From: Macrostomum lignano | Taxonomy: Eukaryota | DNA length: 64,000 bases | Assembly (NCBI GenBank): GCA_002269645.1 | Contig: NIVC01001091.1 | Coordinates: 186,001 to 250,000 of the forward strand | Direction: 5' to 3' | Shown here: positions 63,201-64,000 of the stretch, in pieces | How positions within the stretch are numbered: the first letter of the stretch is position 1 | Layout: every line of letters starts with the position of its first letter | The notes under the pieces: model-generated | What the model was told of the DNA's origin: nothing | What the model saw: the letters and a program-made list of their open reading frames with translations, nothing else | Databases searched by the model: none | Position numbers and translations under genes: made by a program

Positions 63201-64000
63201 CCAAATGATATCTTAAATTATAGAACTTTGATACGAAGCCATTTTTGGGTTTCTTTTCAGCTGAGGTAGTCCAGTAAGTTGAAGAATCTGACTAAATATT
63301 GTCTCCTGCACTTACAATGCAGGAGACGGCGTGGAATTCGGCATTGAAATTGGTATAGGCATAAAATATTAAATAATAATTAAAGCAATACTTTTGTATC
63401 TCAGGACAAATTAAATTGCTGTTGGTGAATAACATACAAGAAACGGAGTGAATATTCATACGGACAAGAAAATTTTGTAATCTCCTTCACAAAATTTGGC
63501 AAGCCAGTTAAAAACTCGGTGATTTTTGTGGTTTTCAAGGTCGTGACTTTGCTAATTGGTGATGCCATACGACTGCTCGTAGAATGTCGCTTGCAACTTC
63601 TTTTATCTCGATCAAAGATCTGGAGGAATGCGCATCATTGGTGCACACAAGTAGCTCTTTACAAGTGGCAAATAAGGTGGCAAATAGAGACAGTCAATCG
63701 ATAGTGTAAGAGCTGCATATATGACGTCTAGTATTGCATAAATCTGTCACTCTAACAGCACTTGCCTCATTGAAGCATAGTACTTGTAGTTGACTTTAAA
63801 GATCTAAGGCAAGCTTGTCGAATAACTATGTTCAAAAAATTTTCGGATTTCAATACAGCACGAATGGTAGCAATCTCTTGCAAAGCCAACAACCCATGCC
63901 GTTGAAGACCGTGCTGAAATCGTGCTTGTTCTTTTCTTTTCTTTGATGAATCATCTGATATTGAGAACATTTTGCAACTTCAATAGTCGAGAATCAAGTT

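Noticed and set aside
63300-64000. Next DHX9 exon or a new gene
   Set aside because: No frame gives the expected continuation after LPLEPRLG; short open stretches on the minus strand match nothing I recognise.

Overview
Eukaryotic (metazoan) genomic DNA, not prokaryotic. GC-rich exons with poly-Q/A tracts and introns packed with 11-33 bp minisatellites suggest a free-living flatworm such as Macrostomum; this is an inference, not a lookup. All host genes read on the + strand: the last two exons of a Dpy-30-motif protein, cysteine dioxygenase (3 exons), hunchback (8 C2H2 fingers, 2+4+2), an intronless and strongly divergent class A GPCR, cyclin T (5 exons), an orphan multi-TM ORF, and DHX9/RNA helicase A (7 exons visible, runs off the window). 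DHX9 intron 5 holds a complete antisense Ty3/Gypsy LTR retrotransposon (200-bp LTRs differing at 2 sites, tRNAi-Met PBS, PPT, TCTG TSD, disrupted gag-pol). Older remnants include a LINE 3' end, a possible Crypton recombinase and SINE-like pieces. About 30 distinct tandem arrays explain most of the long ORFs in the ORF track. The best leads are a ~75-copy 20-bp array that looks like an amplified RFX X-box next to the orphan ORF, a sharply bounded AT-rich CpG-depleted domain over cyclin T exon 1 and intron 1, and the non-canonical GPCR. There is no CRISPR array and no intact rRNA or tRNA gene. Exon boundaries were placed by hand from GT/AG sites, phase agreement and recalled family motifs; repeat boundaries are approximate.
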